From: an uncultured Actinomycetota bacterium
Lineage (GTDB): Bacteria; Actinomycetota; Actinomycetes; Actinomycetales; Dermatophilaceae
DNA: 64,000 bases
Direction of reading: 5' to 3'
Assembly (NCBI GenBank): GCA_963724925.1
Contig: CAVRXF010000020.1
Span: 68,816 to 132,815, forward strand
Part shown: positions 1 to 9,597 of the stretch, in pieces
Position numbering within the stretch: position 1 is the first letter of the stretch
Layout of the letters: each line of letters opens with the position of its first letter
Notes under the pieces: model-generated
The model's input: the letters and a program-made list of their open reading frames with translations, nothing else
Database searches by the model: none
Told to the model about the DNA's origin: nothing
Program-made: the position numbers and the translations under genes

Positions 1-522
1 TGCGACCTCACCAGCGCTGGAGAGGCGTTCGGCGCCTGGTGCGACGCGACGATGCGCCCTTGGGTGCAAGACCACGTCCATATGGACGAAGCGAAACGCC
101 GACGGTGGGCGGGTGAGGACATTGACCTCACCGAACGCGTTCCCTCTGACCTCATCCTGGCGGCCATACCAGCGGATCCGCGTATCGGTGTGGCGGTCGC
201 GCCGTACCTGAGCATGAGCGCACTGCCGAGTTGCTTGAACCCGGTTGAGCCGCTTGCTCGTGCCGTGTACGAGTCCGGCTGGCGTCCAACCCTGCCCAAC
301 TACCCCACCCGGGATGACCTGGCCGGGATTGTCGCCGAGCATGAGCCGACGGGCGAGGCGAGCGCCGGTCAGGACCGGCCTGGTGCCGGCGGCGTACAGC
401 AACTGGGGGCGATCCGGAGCCCGCCGGCGCCCGAGTCGGTCACCTCATCTACGGATGGCAGCCCTCACACAGCACATGACAGCGACACCCGGATACCGGC
501 CGACCATCGTGGTCCTAGGTGA
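1..522 (+). CDS. hypothetical protein, C-terminal part (5' end lies outside the window)
   Basis: Open frame runs in from position 1 to TGA at 520-522 and is GC3-rich like its neighbours. I cannot name a family motif with confidence. Confidence 0.4.
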   Translation, partial: CDLTSAGEAFGAWCDATMRPWVQDHVHMDEAKRRRWAGEDIDLTERVPSDLILAAIPADPRIGVAVAPYLSMSALPSCLNPVEPLARAVYESGWRPTLPNYPTRDDLAGIVAEHEPTGEASAGQDRPGAGGVQQLGAIRSPPAPESVTSSTDGSPHTAHDSDTRIPADHRGPR

Positions 523-577
523 CCCGCAGCCCCGCTGCTTGGGCGCAACGCTGACGCCAGCCCGTCGACTCCGTGAC

Positions 578-1177
578 CTATCGGGTGACGGCCAGGACCC
601 GGAAGCCGCGGGCGCTCGCGATGCGCGCGCACGGCATACCGAGCTCACTGGTGATCCAGCGATGCAGCGAGTCCGCGCCGAGGTGCTTCTGCACGACGAG
701 GTATGCCGTGCCCTGGCGTTCCAGCCGCGCCAGCCAACCCCTCAGCTGCTCGTGGAGCGCCGCCTTGCCGACCCGGATCGGCGGGTTGGACCAGATCGTG
801 GCGAACCTCAGGTCGGGCGGGACCTGGTCTGGAAGGCAAGCGTGGACACTCGTCAAACCCAAGGCGACGGCGTTACGCCGCGTGAGGTCCAACGCCCGTT
901 CGTTGACGTCTACGGCATACACGGCGGCGCCCGGCGAGAGCAGGCCCATGGTCAGCGCGAGCGGTCCCCACCCGCAGCCCAGGTCGAGCAGGGCACCCGC
1001 CAGCGGAGGCGGCGGCACGGTGTCCAGCAAAACGGCGGTTCCGATGTCCAGCCGGTCTGGGGAGAACACACCTGGTGCGGTCTGCACGGTGACCGACCGC
1101 CCGACCAGGCGCACGTGCAACGGCCGCACGTCCCCCAGGCTGATCGGCCGGCTGGTGAAGTAGTGCTCGCCGCTCAT
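578..1177 (-). CDS. class I SAM-dependent methyltransferase (RsmC/RsmD-like rRNA N-methyltransferase fold)
   Basis: SAM motif I is LLDLGCGWGPL and the motif IV-like sequence is WSNPPIRVG. Start set to ATG 1177 (MSGEHYFTSRP); the ORF track extends to 1228. Confidence 0.75.
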   Translation of the reverse strand: MSGEHYFTSRPISLGDVRPLHVRLVGRSVTVQTAPGVFSPDRLDIGTAVLLDTVPPPPLAGALLDLGCGWGPLALTMGLLSPGAAVYAVDVNERALDLTRRNAVALGLTSVHACLPDQVPPDLRFATIWSNPPIRVGKAALHEQLRGWLARLERQGTAYLVVQKHLGADSLHRWITSELGMPCARIASARGFRVLAVTR

Positions 1178-1265
1178 TCGGACCACGCTAGCCGGGCCGG
1201 TGCGTCGCTCCGGGTGAGCGCGGGCCAATTCGGTGGCCCGCTCGGGATGTTGTGTTCGATGTCAC

Positions 1266-1299
1266 GCTGTTCTCAATGTCAGGCTGTTCTCAATGTCAG
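1266..1299. repeat. perfect 17-bp tandem duplication (GCTGTTCTCAATGTCAG x2) in the divergent intergenic region upstream of hflX
   Basis: Read directly at 1266-1282 and 1283-1299. A degenerate third copy (GTGTTCGATGTCAC) lies just upstream. The repeat ends 12 nt before the hflX ATG and abuts its AGGAGG. Confidence 0.9.
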
Positions 1300-1311
1300 G
1301 CTAGGAGGGTT

Positions 1312-2766
1312 ATGACGAGACGAACCGAAACAACGCCGCTCAGTGCTCGTGCGGCAGCCCTGACCGACGGTGCTGACGAGTTCGAGCGCTACGACGGCTT
1401 CCTCGACGCGGGCCAGCTCGACCGGGAAGAGCGCGCCGCGCTGCGCCGCGTCGAAGGGCTGTCCACCGAGCTCGAGGACGTCACCGAGGTCGAGTACCGC
1501 CAGCTGCGCCTCGAGCGAGTGGTCCTGGCGGGCGTCTGGACCGACGGCACCGTCGAGGACGCCGAAAACTCATTGCGCGAGCTTGCCGCGCTTGCCGAGA
1601 CCGCCGGCTCGCGCGTCCTCGACGGCGTGATCCAGCGTCGTCAGCGCCCGGACGCCGCGACCTACCTCGGCAAAGGTAAGGCGCATGAGCTGCGCGACAT
1701 CGTGCTCGCTGAAGGGGCAGATACGGTCATCTGCGACAGCGAGCTGGCCCCCAGCCAGCGCCGCGCTCTCGAGGACCTGGTCAAGGTCAAGGTCATCGAC
1801 CGGACCGCCCTGATCCTGGACATCTTTGCCCAGCACGCCAAGAGCCGTGAGGGCAAGGCTCAGGTCGAGCTGGCCCAGCTGCAGTACCTGCTGCCGCGCC
1901 TGCGCGGCTGGGGCGAGTCGATGTCGCGCCAAGCCGGCGGGCGAGTCGCCGGCGGCGAGGGCATCGGCTCCCGTGGCCCGGGCGAGACCAAGATCGAGCT
2001 GGACCGGCGGCGGATCAACACCCGCGTCGCCAAGCTCAAGCGTGACATTGCCGCCATGAAGACCGGTCGGGACACCAAACGCCAGTCCAGGCGCACGAAC
2101 CACCTGCCGAGCGTGGCCATCGTCGGTTACACCAATGCGGGCAAGTCATCGCTGCTCAACCGGCTCACCGGCGCCGGCGTGCTCGTCGAGAACCAGCTGT
2201 TCGCGACGCTCGACCCGACGGTGCGCCGTGCGCAGACCATGGACGGGCGCGACTACACCCTCGTCGACACCGTCGGCTTCGTCCGGTCCCTGCCGCACCA
2301 ACTCGTCGAGGCGTTCCGCTCGACACTCGAAGAGGTCGCCGACGCGGACCTGCTGCTGCACATCGTCGACGGCTCCCATCCGGACCCGGAGGGGCAGATC
2401 GCGGCGGTCCGCGAAGTGCTGTCGCAGGTCGGCGGCGAGGAGGTCAAGGAGATCATCGTCGTCAACAAGGCCGACATTGCCGACCTTGGGGTCCTCGACC
2501 GGCTCACCCGCACGCACCGGCACGCGGCCGTCGTCTCCGCCCGCACCGGCGCGGGCGTCGACACCCTGCGCGCCATGGTCGACGCCGAGCTGCCCAGACC
2601 TGATGTCGTTGTCGACGTGCTGTTGCCCTACGAGCGCGGAGACCTGCTCAGCCTCGTCCACGCCCGGGGCGAGGTGCTCTCCACCACGCACACCGAGGCG
2701 GGCACCCGCGTCCTGGCCAAGGTGCACCAGCGAGATCAAGCCGAGCTCACGGCATACCTGACCTGA
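1312..2766 (+). CDS. hflX: GTPase HflX
   Basis: G1 is GYTNAGKSSLLN, G3 is DTVGF, G4 is NKAD, and there is an HflX-type N-terminal domain. AGGAGG lies upstream of ATG 1312. Confidence 0.93.
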   Translation: MTRRTETTPLSARAAALTDGADEFERYDGFLDAGQLDREERAALRRVEGLSTELEDVTEVEYRQLRLERVVLAGVWTDGTVEDAENSLRELAALAETAGSRVLDGVIQRRQRPDAATYLGKGKAHELRDIVLAEGADTVICDSELAPSQRRALEDLVKVKVIDRTALILDIFAQHAKSREGKAQVELAQLQYLLPRLRGWGESMSRQAGGRVAGGEGIGSRGPGETKIELDRRRINTRVAKLKRDIAAMKTGRDTKRQSRRTNHLPSVAIVGYTNAGKSSLLNRLTGAGVLVENQLFATLDPTVRRAQTMDGRDYTLVDTVGFVRSLPHQLVEAFRSTLEEVADADLLLHIVDGSHPDPEGQIAAVREVLSQVGGEEVKEIIVVNKADIADLGVLDRLTRTHRHAAVVSARTGAGVDTLRAMVDAELPRPDVVVDVLLPYERGDLLSLVHARGEVLSTTHTEAGTRVLAKVHQRDQAELTAYLT

Positions 2767-2939
2767 CCACGAGGTCCCGTGACCTTCGGCCTGTAAATCG
2801 CGAGGTTGAGATCACGCCGGACGGGTATTCCCTCGTCCCGCCCGCCGTGGCAAGTTTGGGATGGTGGCCCGTGGCCGATACTTCTGAGCGGCGTGGGTCT
2901 TGGCCAAACTTGGCACAGCCGTGATGGAAGGATGACCCC

Positions 2940-4739
2940 ATGCAGCACCTCTCTGGCTTCGACGGAATGTGGTACGCGTACGACCACTCGAAGACCGCAA
3001 AGGCCATCATGGGGTCGTTGTTCATCTTCGAGCCGACCGAGACCAACGACGCGGCCGACATCAGCTCGGTGGTCGCCCGGCTGCAGGACCGGCTCAAGGT
3101 CCTTCCACCGCTGCGTCGCCGGATTGACAGCGCCCCGGTTGGGGTCAACAACCAGTACTGGCGCGAGTGCACGGTCAACGTGCGCGAGCATGTCCGCGAG
3201 CAGATGCTTCCGGCGCCGGGCACCGACAAGGAGCTGGCACGAGCGGCGTCGGACATCATGGAGACCGGGCTGGACCGCTCCAAGCCCATGTGGGACTACA
3301 CAATTTTCCACGGGCTGTCCGGCGGCCGGCAGGCCCACCTGATGCGCATCCACCACGCCGCATGCGACGGCGGCACCATGCAGCGCGTCCTGGGCCTGCT
3401 GTCTGACTACTCAGACGAGTTCGCTCCCAACGAGAAGGACTACCCCGAGCCGCTGCAGTCCGACCGGCAGGCCAAGACCGAGATGGTGCGCAAGGGCGTC
3501 ACCCGGACCCTGCTCATGCCGAAGGACATGCTCGAAACCCAGAAAGACAGCCTCAAGTGGGTCGGCAAGCGGATCCGCGAGGACGGCGCGATGGCGGCGC
3601 CGGCCCTCGTCGCGCGGATACTCCCAGGGGCCCTCGGCCGTCCGCTTGCCAAGGTGGTCAACGGTCAGCTCGGTGAGGACGCGACGAAGGTGCAGCCGAT
3701 CCAGCCGCGGGTCATGGTGCCGGTCAGCAAGTTCAACGCGAAGATCACCGCCGAGCGCAGCTACGCATGGGTCACCCTGCCGATGCAGGACCTGCTGCGG
3801 ATCAGCAAGTACTTCGGGGTGACCTTCCACTCCCTGGTGACCTCCCTGTCGGCGTCGGCCGCTCGGCAGTTCCTGATCGCCAACGGGGAGCCGGTCGACA
3901 AGGCACTCGTCCTCATGTCGCCCTACTCGCTGCGTCGCGGCGGCGAGGAGAACTACTGGGCCAACTACGCCTCCATGTTCCTGACCGAGTTCCCGGTTCA
4001 CCTGTCCGACCCGGTCGAGCGGCTCAAGGTCTGCGGTCGAAACGTCGCCGAGTCCCGCGCCAACTTCGACACGATGCCGACCGACATGATGATCGACATG
4101 AGCCGGATGATGCCGCAGCTCATGTGGGATGCCATGTACAAGACCGTCGACTACGCACCGGAGGCGCTGATCAAGCGCTCGTCGATGGGCGGCAACTTCA
4201 CCATCTCCAACATCCGCGGGCCGTCCAAGCGGTTCCACATGTACGGCGCGGATATCACCGAGTTCCTCCCGGTGTCGTTCCTGGGCCAAGGCCTCGCGCA
4301 CAACGTCACCTGCAGCTCGTATGCCGCTGAGCTGCAGATCGGCTTCGTCGGGTGCCCCACGGTGTTCCCGGACAGTGAGCTGTGGGACTGGCCAGGCTAC
4401 TACCGCAACGCGGTCGAGGAGCTACTCGACGTCATGGACGTCGAACAGGTCCTTACGCCGTCTGCGCCCTCCGCGGTGGCGCTCTCGGTCAGTGCTCCGG
4501 CACGGACCAGGAAGGCGGCCGCGCCGCGCAAGGTCGCCAAGAAGGCCACGCCTGCTCGCCGCAAAGCCGCCGCAACTGCGCAGCCCGCCCCGGCGAAGCG
4601 CACGCCCCGCAAGAAGGCCGCCCCTGCCGCACCAGCAGCGCCGGCCGCAGAGGTAGCGACCGTGGAGAGCACCGACAACGTGGAGACCACAGACAACGTG
4701 GAGACCACAGACAACGTGGAGACCACAGACAACGGCTGA
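2940..4739 (+). CDS. wax ester synthase/diacylglycerol acyltransferase (WS/DGAT) with Lys/Ala/Pro-rich C-terminal tail
   Basis: The HHxxxDG active-site motif appears as IHHAACDGG. The catalytic part has typical WS/DGAT length, followed by a roughly 95-aa low-complexity tail. Confidence 0.88.
   Translation: MQHLSGFDGMWYAYDHSKTAKAIMGSLFIFEPTETNDAADISSVVARLQDRLKVLPPLRRRIDSAPVGVNNQYWRECTVNVREHVREQMLPAPGTDKELARAASDIMETGLDRSKPMWDYTIFHGLSGGRQAHLMRIHHAACDGGTMQRVLGLLSDYSDEFAPNEKDYPEPLQSDRQAKTEMVRKGVTRTLLMPKDMLETQKDSLKWVGKRIREDGAMAAPALVARILPGALGRPLAKVVNGQLGEDATKVQPIQPRVMVPVSKFNAKITAERSYAWVTLPMQDLLRISKYFGVTFHSLVTSLSASAARQFLIANGEPVDKALVLMSPYSLRRGGEENYWANYASMFLTEFPVHLSDPVERLKVCGRNVAESRANFDTMPTDMMIDMSRMMPQLMWDAMYKTVDYAPEALIKRSSMGGNFTISNIRGPSKRFHMYGADITEFLPVSFLGQGLAHNVTCSSYAAELQIGFVGCPTVFPDSELWDWPGYYRNAVEELLDVMDVEQVLTPSAPSAVALSVSAPARTRKAAAPRKVAKKATPARRKAAATAQPAPAKRTPRKKAAPAAPAAPAAEVATVESTDNVETTDNVETTDNVETTDNG
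4662..4733 (+). repeat. 4 x 18-bp in-frame tandem repeat encoding (V-E-S/T-T-D-N)x4 at the 3' end of the WS/DGAT gene
   Basis: GTGGAGA(G/C)CAC(C/A)GACAAC is repeated four times head to tail; the last three copies are identical. Confidence 0.95.
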
Positions 4740-4807
4740 CCCTCGGGCGCTGGCACGTCGTTGTGTACAGCGCCCGGGCGCCGAACCAGCCGGCATACCC
4801 TGGCCCC

Positions 4808-7027
4808 GTGCCCTCCCTCGACCAGCTGCTGCATGCCGCGGTCGCAGCCCTTGATGGATCAGAACGCCCGGGCCAAGTGCAGATGATGCACGCCGTCCAG
4901 CACGCCATCGACTCAGGGGAGCACCTGCTGGTGCAGGCCGGGACGGGCACGGGCAAGTCCCTCGCCTACCTTGTGCCGGCCGTGGTGCACGCGATCGACA
5001 CTGGGCGGCCGGTCGTCGTCGCAACCGCCACCTTGGCGCTGCAGGCCCAGGTCGTCGACCGCGACTTGCCCCGGCTGGCCGACGCGCTGGCGCCGCTGCT
5101 CGGGCGGCGCCCCACCTTCGCCATGGTCAAGGGGCGGCGCAACTACCTGTGCGTCCACAAGCTCGCCGGCGGCTTCCCGCAGTGGGACGACGACGGTCTG
5201 CTCACCGTGGAGCAGGTGGACCAGGCCGCGTCCCGCCTTGGTCGCGAGGTGACCCGGCTGCGCGAATGGGCGCAGGCCACGGCTTCGGGGGACCGGGACG
5301 AGCTCGTCCCCGGAGTGTCCGAGCGGGCCTGGCGGCAGGTGTCGGTGTCCGCGTACGAATGCCTGGGCAGCAAATGCCCCCTTGTCGAGGAGTGCTTCGT
5401 CGAGCAGGCGCGCGACGCAGCCCAGGACGTCGACATCATCGCGACGAACCACTCGTTCATGGCCATCGACGCGTTCGAGGGTCTGCAGATGCTGCCCCAG
5501 CACGATGTGCTCGTCGTCGACGAGGCCCACGAGCTGACCGACCGGATCACCTCGACGGTCACCGACGAGCTCACGGCCGCAGCGGTGTTGGCGGCGGCGA
5601 AGCGCAGCGCTCGGCTCAGCGAACGCAGCGAAGCGGCCGAAGCGGCCGGAGAGCTGTTCGGCAGCGTCCTGGACGGTATGCCGGAGGGTCGCGTCCTGGC
5701 CCTGCCGGACTCGCTGGTGCTCGCCGTTACAAGGGTCCACGACACCGCCCGCGAGCTGCAGAGCGACCTCAAACCAGTACCCGGCGCTCCCGCCGACGGG
5801 GCTCGTCAGGTGGCCCGCGCTGGCGTCGACGAGGTGTTCGAGACGGCCCAGCGAATCCTCGCGGGCCGGCCGTTGGACGTCGTGTGGGTGGCCCACGACC
5901 CGCGCCGCGGGGCCGTCCTTCGGGTGGCGCCGATGAGCGTTGCCGGGCTCGCTCGGGAAACGATCTTCCCGGGCCGCACTGTCGTGCTCACCTCAGCCAC
6001 CCTGGAACTGGGCGGCACGTTCGACGCGGTCGCCGGAGCACTCGGGCTTCGCGGTGACGAGGCGCCCGCCTGGTCCAGCCAGGACGTCGGCAGCCCGTTC
6101 GACTACCGCCGCCAGGCGATCGCCTACGTTGCCGCCCAGCTGCCAGCGCCCGGCCGCGACGGCACCGCCACCGCAGTGGTGGACGAGATCGAGGCGCTGG
6201 TGCGGGCAGCCGGCGGGCGCACCCTCGGGCTGTTCTCGTCGATGCGCGCCGCCCTGGCCGCGACCGAGACGCTGCGCCAGCGGTTTGCCGATGATGGCAC
6301 GGCCATCGACGTGCTCTGCCAAGGCGAGGACCAGCTGGCGACGCTGGTCCGAGCGTTCGGCCGCGACGCACGAACCTGCCTCTTCGGCACGCTAAGCCTC
6401 TGGCAGGGTGTCGACGTGCCCGGCTCCGCGTGCCAGCTCGTGCTTATCGACCGCATCCCGTTCCCGCGGCCCGACGACCCGCTGGCCTCCGCACGCACCC
6501 AGGCGATCTCGCGCATGGGCGGCAACGGCTTCATGGCGGTTTCGGCCACGCATGCGGCTCTGCGGCTGGCGCAGGGTGCGGGACGGCTGATCCGCCGCCA
6601 CGACGACCGCGGTGTTGTCGCCTTCCTCGACTCGCGGATGATCTCGGCTACGTATGCCGGGTTCCTCCAGCGCTCCGTGCCGCCGCTGTGGCCGACGACC
6701 GACCGGGAGATGGTCCTCGCGGCGCTGCGCCGGCTCGACGAGCTGGCGCCGGAGCCGCTACCCGTGCTGGACCCCAGCCTGCGGGCGGCGCACGAAGCCG
6801 TGCCGCAGGCGGCGGGCGCTCCGCCGACCGTCCCGTCGCCACGCACGGCAGTGACCGGTGGGTATGCGTGGACCAGCGCCCAGGAAAGCGAGCTGCGCGA
6901 CGCTGCCGAGGCCGGGATCGCGCTCGAGGAGCTCGCCGAGCACTTCGAGCGTCCGGCAGCGGTCATCTCGGCACGGCTGGCGCAGCTGGGGTTGGCTCTG
7001 CCCGAGGCGCAGCTGTTCGGCGACTAG
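4808..7027 (+). CDS. dinG: ATP-dependent DNA helicase, DinG/XPD-like
   Basis: Walker A is AGTGTGKS and the DEAH box is VVDEAHEL. The 881-aa track ORF overlaps the WS/DGAT gene in another frame, so the start was set to the in-frame GTG at 4808 (VPSLDQLLHAAV); GTG 4763 is an alternative. Confidence 0.85.
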   Translation: MPSLDQLLHAAVAALDGSERPGQVQMMHAVQHAIDSGEHLLVQAGTGTGKSLAYLVPAVVHAIDTGRPVVVATATLALQAQVVDRDLPRLADALAPLLGRRPTFAMVKGRRNYLCVHKLAGGFPQWDDDGLLTVEQVDQAASRLGREVTRLREWAQATASGDRDELVPGVSERAWRQVSVSAYECLGSKCPLVEECFVEQARDAAQDVDIIATNHSFMAIDAFEGLQMLPQHDVLVVDEAHELTDRITSTVTDELTAAAVLAAAKRSARLSERSEAAEAAGELFGSVLDGMPEGRVLALPDSLVLAVTRVHDTARELQSDLKPVPGAPADGARQVARAGVDEVFETAQRILAGRPLDVVWVAHDPRRGAVLRVAPMSVAGLARETIFPGRTVVLTSATLELGGTFDAVAGALGLRGDEAPAWSSQDVGSPFDYRRQAIAYVAAQLPAPGRDGTATAVVDEIEALVRAAGGRTLGLFSSMRAALAATETLRQRFADDGTAIDVLCQGEDQLATLVRAFGRDARTCLFGTLSLWQGVDVPGSACQLVLIDRIPFPRPDDPLASARTQAISRMGGNGFMAVSATHAALRLAQGAGRLIRRHDDRGVVAFLDSRMISATYAGFLQRSVPPLWPTTDREMVLAALRRLDELAPEPLPVLDPSLRAAHEAVPQAAGAPPTVPSPRTAVTGGYAWTSAQESELRDAAEAGIALEELAEHFERPAAVISARLAQLGLALPEAQLFGD

Positions 7028-7038
7028 CAGATCCCCCT

Positions 7039-7149
7039 GAGGCGGCAGAATCCTCCCCGAGCGGGAGGCGGCAGATAGGTGCACACGGCGGCAGTTGTAG
7101 GTGCCGCCATATGGACCTGTCTGCCGCCTTACCCGGGAACTGCCGCCTT
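7039..7149. repeat. three nested inverted repeats built from GGCGGCAG / CTGCCGCC units between convergent genes (likely bidirectional terminator)
   Basis: GGCGGCAG occurs at 7041, 7067 and 7087. The complementary (C)TGCCGCC occurs at 7102, 7121 and 7140. The arms pair inner to inner, middle to middle (13/14) and outer to outer. Confidence 0.8.
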
Positions 7150-7193
7150 ACCTGGGGAGCTGGCCACGGGCCGATACAGCCCGGCCAGCTCGG

Positions 7194-7610
7194 CTACGAG
7201 CCGCCTCGGCGGGGCTCTCCTCGGTAGGTCCCGAACGACCATTGGTTGCCTTCGGGGTCACGCAGTCCGAAGTCGCGCGAGCCGTAGTCGGTGTCAGACG
7301 GCTCGCGGGTGATCTCGGCACCCGCTGCCTTCGCCCGTGCGCACAGCGCATCGGGCTCGTCCGTGACGACGTAGACGCTCATGGTTCCGGGAGCGCCCAC
7401 CTGGTCAGCTCCCTGCTCTCGCACCGACCCGAGCATGATGCCCCCGCCGAGCGGCCACGACAGCTCCGCGTGGTCGACGACGGCGCCCTCGCCGTGCACG
7501 ACGGTGGCCTCGAACCCGAGTGCGTCGGTGAGGAACCGGATCAGGGCCCGGGCGTCGCGGGCCCGGACGCTCGGCCAGACGGTGGGGGCAGGTGCAGTCT
7601 CATCGGTCAT
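7194..7610 (-). CDS. VOC (glyoxalase/bleomycin-resistance) family protein
   Basis: Small VOC-fold protein ending ...GLRDPEGNQWSFG. Start set to ATG 7610 (MTDETAP). Confidence 0.75.
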   Translation of the reverse strand: MTDETAPAPTVWPSVRARDARALIRFLTDALGFEATVVHGEGAVVDHAELSWPLGGGIMLGSVREQGADQVGAPGTMSVYVVTDEPDALCARAKAAGAEITREPSDTDYGSRDFGLRDPEGNQWSFGTYRGEPRRGGS

Positions 7611-7614
7611 GGCC

Positions 7615-8425
7615 TCAGTCTGGCGGTGCCGAGTCCACGGTGGCTTGTACGTTTGCGAACTCGGTTGCCAGCCACTCACTCGGCGAGCAGCCGGCCAGCC
7701 CGCGGAACTCCCGCGCCAGGTGGGCCTGGTCGTAGTACCCACCCTCAGCCGCAGCAGACGCCAGAGCCGACCATGGGCGCATCCGCCGGCGAGTCCGGTC
7801 GAACCGAGTGACCCGCATCGCCGCCTTGGGGGTCAAACCAGTCTCCGCGCGGAACTGGTTTTGCAGGTGGCGAGGGCTCCAGCCGACGTCGCGAGCCAGC
7901 TCAGCGATGCTGAGCCGCCCGCCGGACGCGACTACCAGCTGCCAAGCCCGGCATACCTCGGGCGCCGGCCGGTCCGCCCGCCGGTTTAGGGCACGGACGA
8001 GAACCCCGTCGAGCGCCGCCGCCCGCTGCCGCCAGCATGCCGCACCCTCGAGCCGGTCGCAGAATCTCGTCCGCCACCGAGCCGAGCACCTGGCTGCCGT
8101 GCAGGTCGGTGCCGGCGAGCTCACCGGCTGGCAGCCCGAGCAGCGCCCGGGCGCCAAGAGGGGACAGGCTGACCTGCACGCCAGCCTGCTCGCCGTCGTG
8201 GGTGATGATGGCTGGCGTGGTGTGCAGCCCGCCTACCAGCGAGCGGTAGCTGCCGCCGGCCTGCCGCGGGTCCGGATGAGCCGCGACGTGCAGTGGCACC
8301 GAGAATGTGAAGATCAGGGTGAGGTAGGGCGAGGGCAGACCGCGGTGGACCATCGGTGGCACGCCCCGCTGGCGGTATGCCGAGTAGCCCGCGACCCAGC
8401 CGCGCAGCGCCGGATGAGGGCGCAT
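7615..8425 (-). pseudogene. AraC-family transcriptional regulator, frameshifted as given
   Basis: The N-terminal part (MRPHPALRGWVAGYSAY...) lies in one frame. The HTH_AraC part (LSIAELARDVGWSPRHLQNQFRAETGLTPK...) lies in the +1 frame, with the junction near 8063-8064. ATG 8503 is an alternative start. Confidence 0.75.
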
Positions 8426-8542
8426 CCGGACCTGCTCGTCGACACGAACGGCCACCGGTTCGGGCTGTAGGTGAGCTACCACTGTGGCCCAACGGTAGGC
8501 CATCCCGCGCCGAGTGTCTCCTGCGCGTGACAGGCTGGGCGC

Positions 8543-9514
8543 GTGACCTCGACCGTGCCGGCGTTGGTGCTCGTCAGTGGCCCAGAAGCCGTCTTGGCCG
8601 AGCGCGCGGTCACTGGCCTGCTCACCCGGCTTCGTAAGAGCGATCCGGATCTCGAGGTGATCCGGGTCGCGGCCACCGCGTACCAGCCGGGGGCGCTGGC
8701 GCTGCATACCAGCCCGTCGTTGTTCGGTAACGCCAGGGCCATCGTCCTGGACGGCCTCGAGGAGGCGTCCGACGAACTGCTCACCGACACGCTCGACGTG
8801 CTCGGGTTGCCGGCCGAGGAGGTCACCCTCGTCGTGGTCCACCGCTCGGGGCAACGGGGCAAGAAGGTGCTCGACGAGCTACGTCGGCGCAGAGCCGAAG
8901 TGCTCGAGTGCCCGGCCATCCGCACCGACCGCGACAAGGCCGACTTCGTCGTGGGCGAGTTCCGGCGGCTCGGACGCAAGTCGACGCCGGATGCGGTCCG
9001 GGCCCTGGTCGAGGCCCTGGGCCGCGACGTGCGCGAGCTCGCGTCCGCGTGTCAGCAGCTCGCCGACGACACCGACGGTGTGATCGACGATCGGGTCGTC
9101 GATCTCTACTACGGCGGCAAAGTGGAGGCGACCGGCTTCCGGGTGGCCGATGCTGCGCTCGCCGGACAGACGGGGGAGGCCCTGCGGCTGCTGCGGCACG
9201 CGATCGCCACCGGCCTGGACCCTGTCCCGATCGTCGCCGTTCTCGCCGCGCAGCTCCGCACGGTGGTCAAGGTGGCAGCTGCCGGCCGCGGCAGCTCGGC
9301 CCAGGTGGCCAAGGCGCTCGGGCTGGCGCCCTGGCAGGTCGACAAGGCGCGACGCTCCAGCTCGCATTGGGACGGACCCGCGCTCGCCCGAGCCATCCAG
9401 TCGGTGGCGGCCGCGGACGTCGAGGTCAAGGGGGGTGGCCGCGACCCGGTGTATGCCGTGGAGCGCGCCCTTCTGGAGCTCGCCGGGGCGCGGGGCGCTG
9501 GACGTGGCAGGTAG
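8543..9514 (+). CDS. holA: DNA polymerase III subunit delta
   Basis: Length and sequence pattern fit HolA (LVSGPE..L, helical C-terminal domain). It sits next to rpsT and lepA, as in other actinobacteria. Confidence 0.7.
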   Translation: MTSTVPALVLVSGPEAVLAERAVTGLLTRLRKSDPDLEVIRVAATAYQPGALALHTSPSLFGNARAIVLDGLEEASDELLTDTLDVLGLPAEEVTLVVVHRSGQRGKKVLDELRRRRAEVLECPAIRTDRDKADFVVGEFRRLGRKSTPDAVRALVEALGRDVRELASACQQLADDTDGVIDDRVVDLYYGGKVEATGFRVADAALAGQTGEALRLLRHAIATGLDPVPIVAVLAAQLRTVVKVAAAGRGSSAQVAKALGLAPWQVDKARRSSSHWDGPALARAIQSVAAADVEVKGGGRDPVYAVERALLELAGARGAGRGR

Positions 9515-9597
9515 CCTGCCGGTTGGGAGCACTCGGCCCCGCTGGTAAGTTTGCTCTTTGCGTCTGCGCCCGGAATCCCGACCGAGAAAGACCCAAC

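Noticed and set aside
1240-1265. A LexA/SOS box near hflX, because of the GTTCGA half-site.
   Set aside because: The complementary GAAC half at the required 4-nt spacing is absent.
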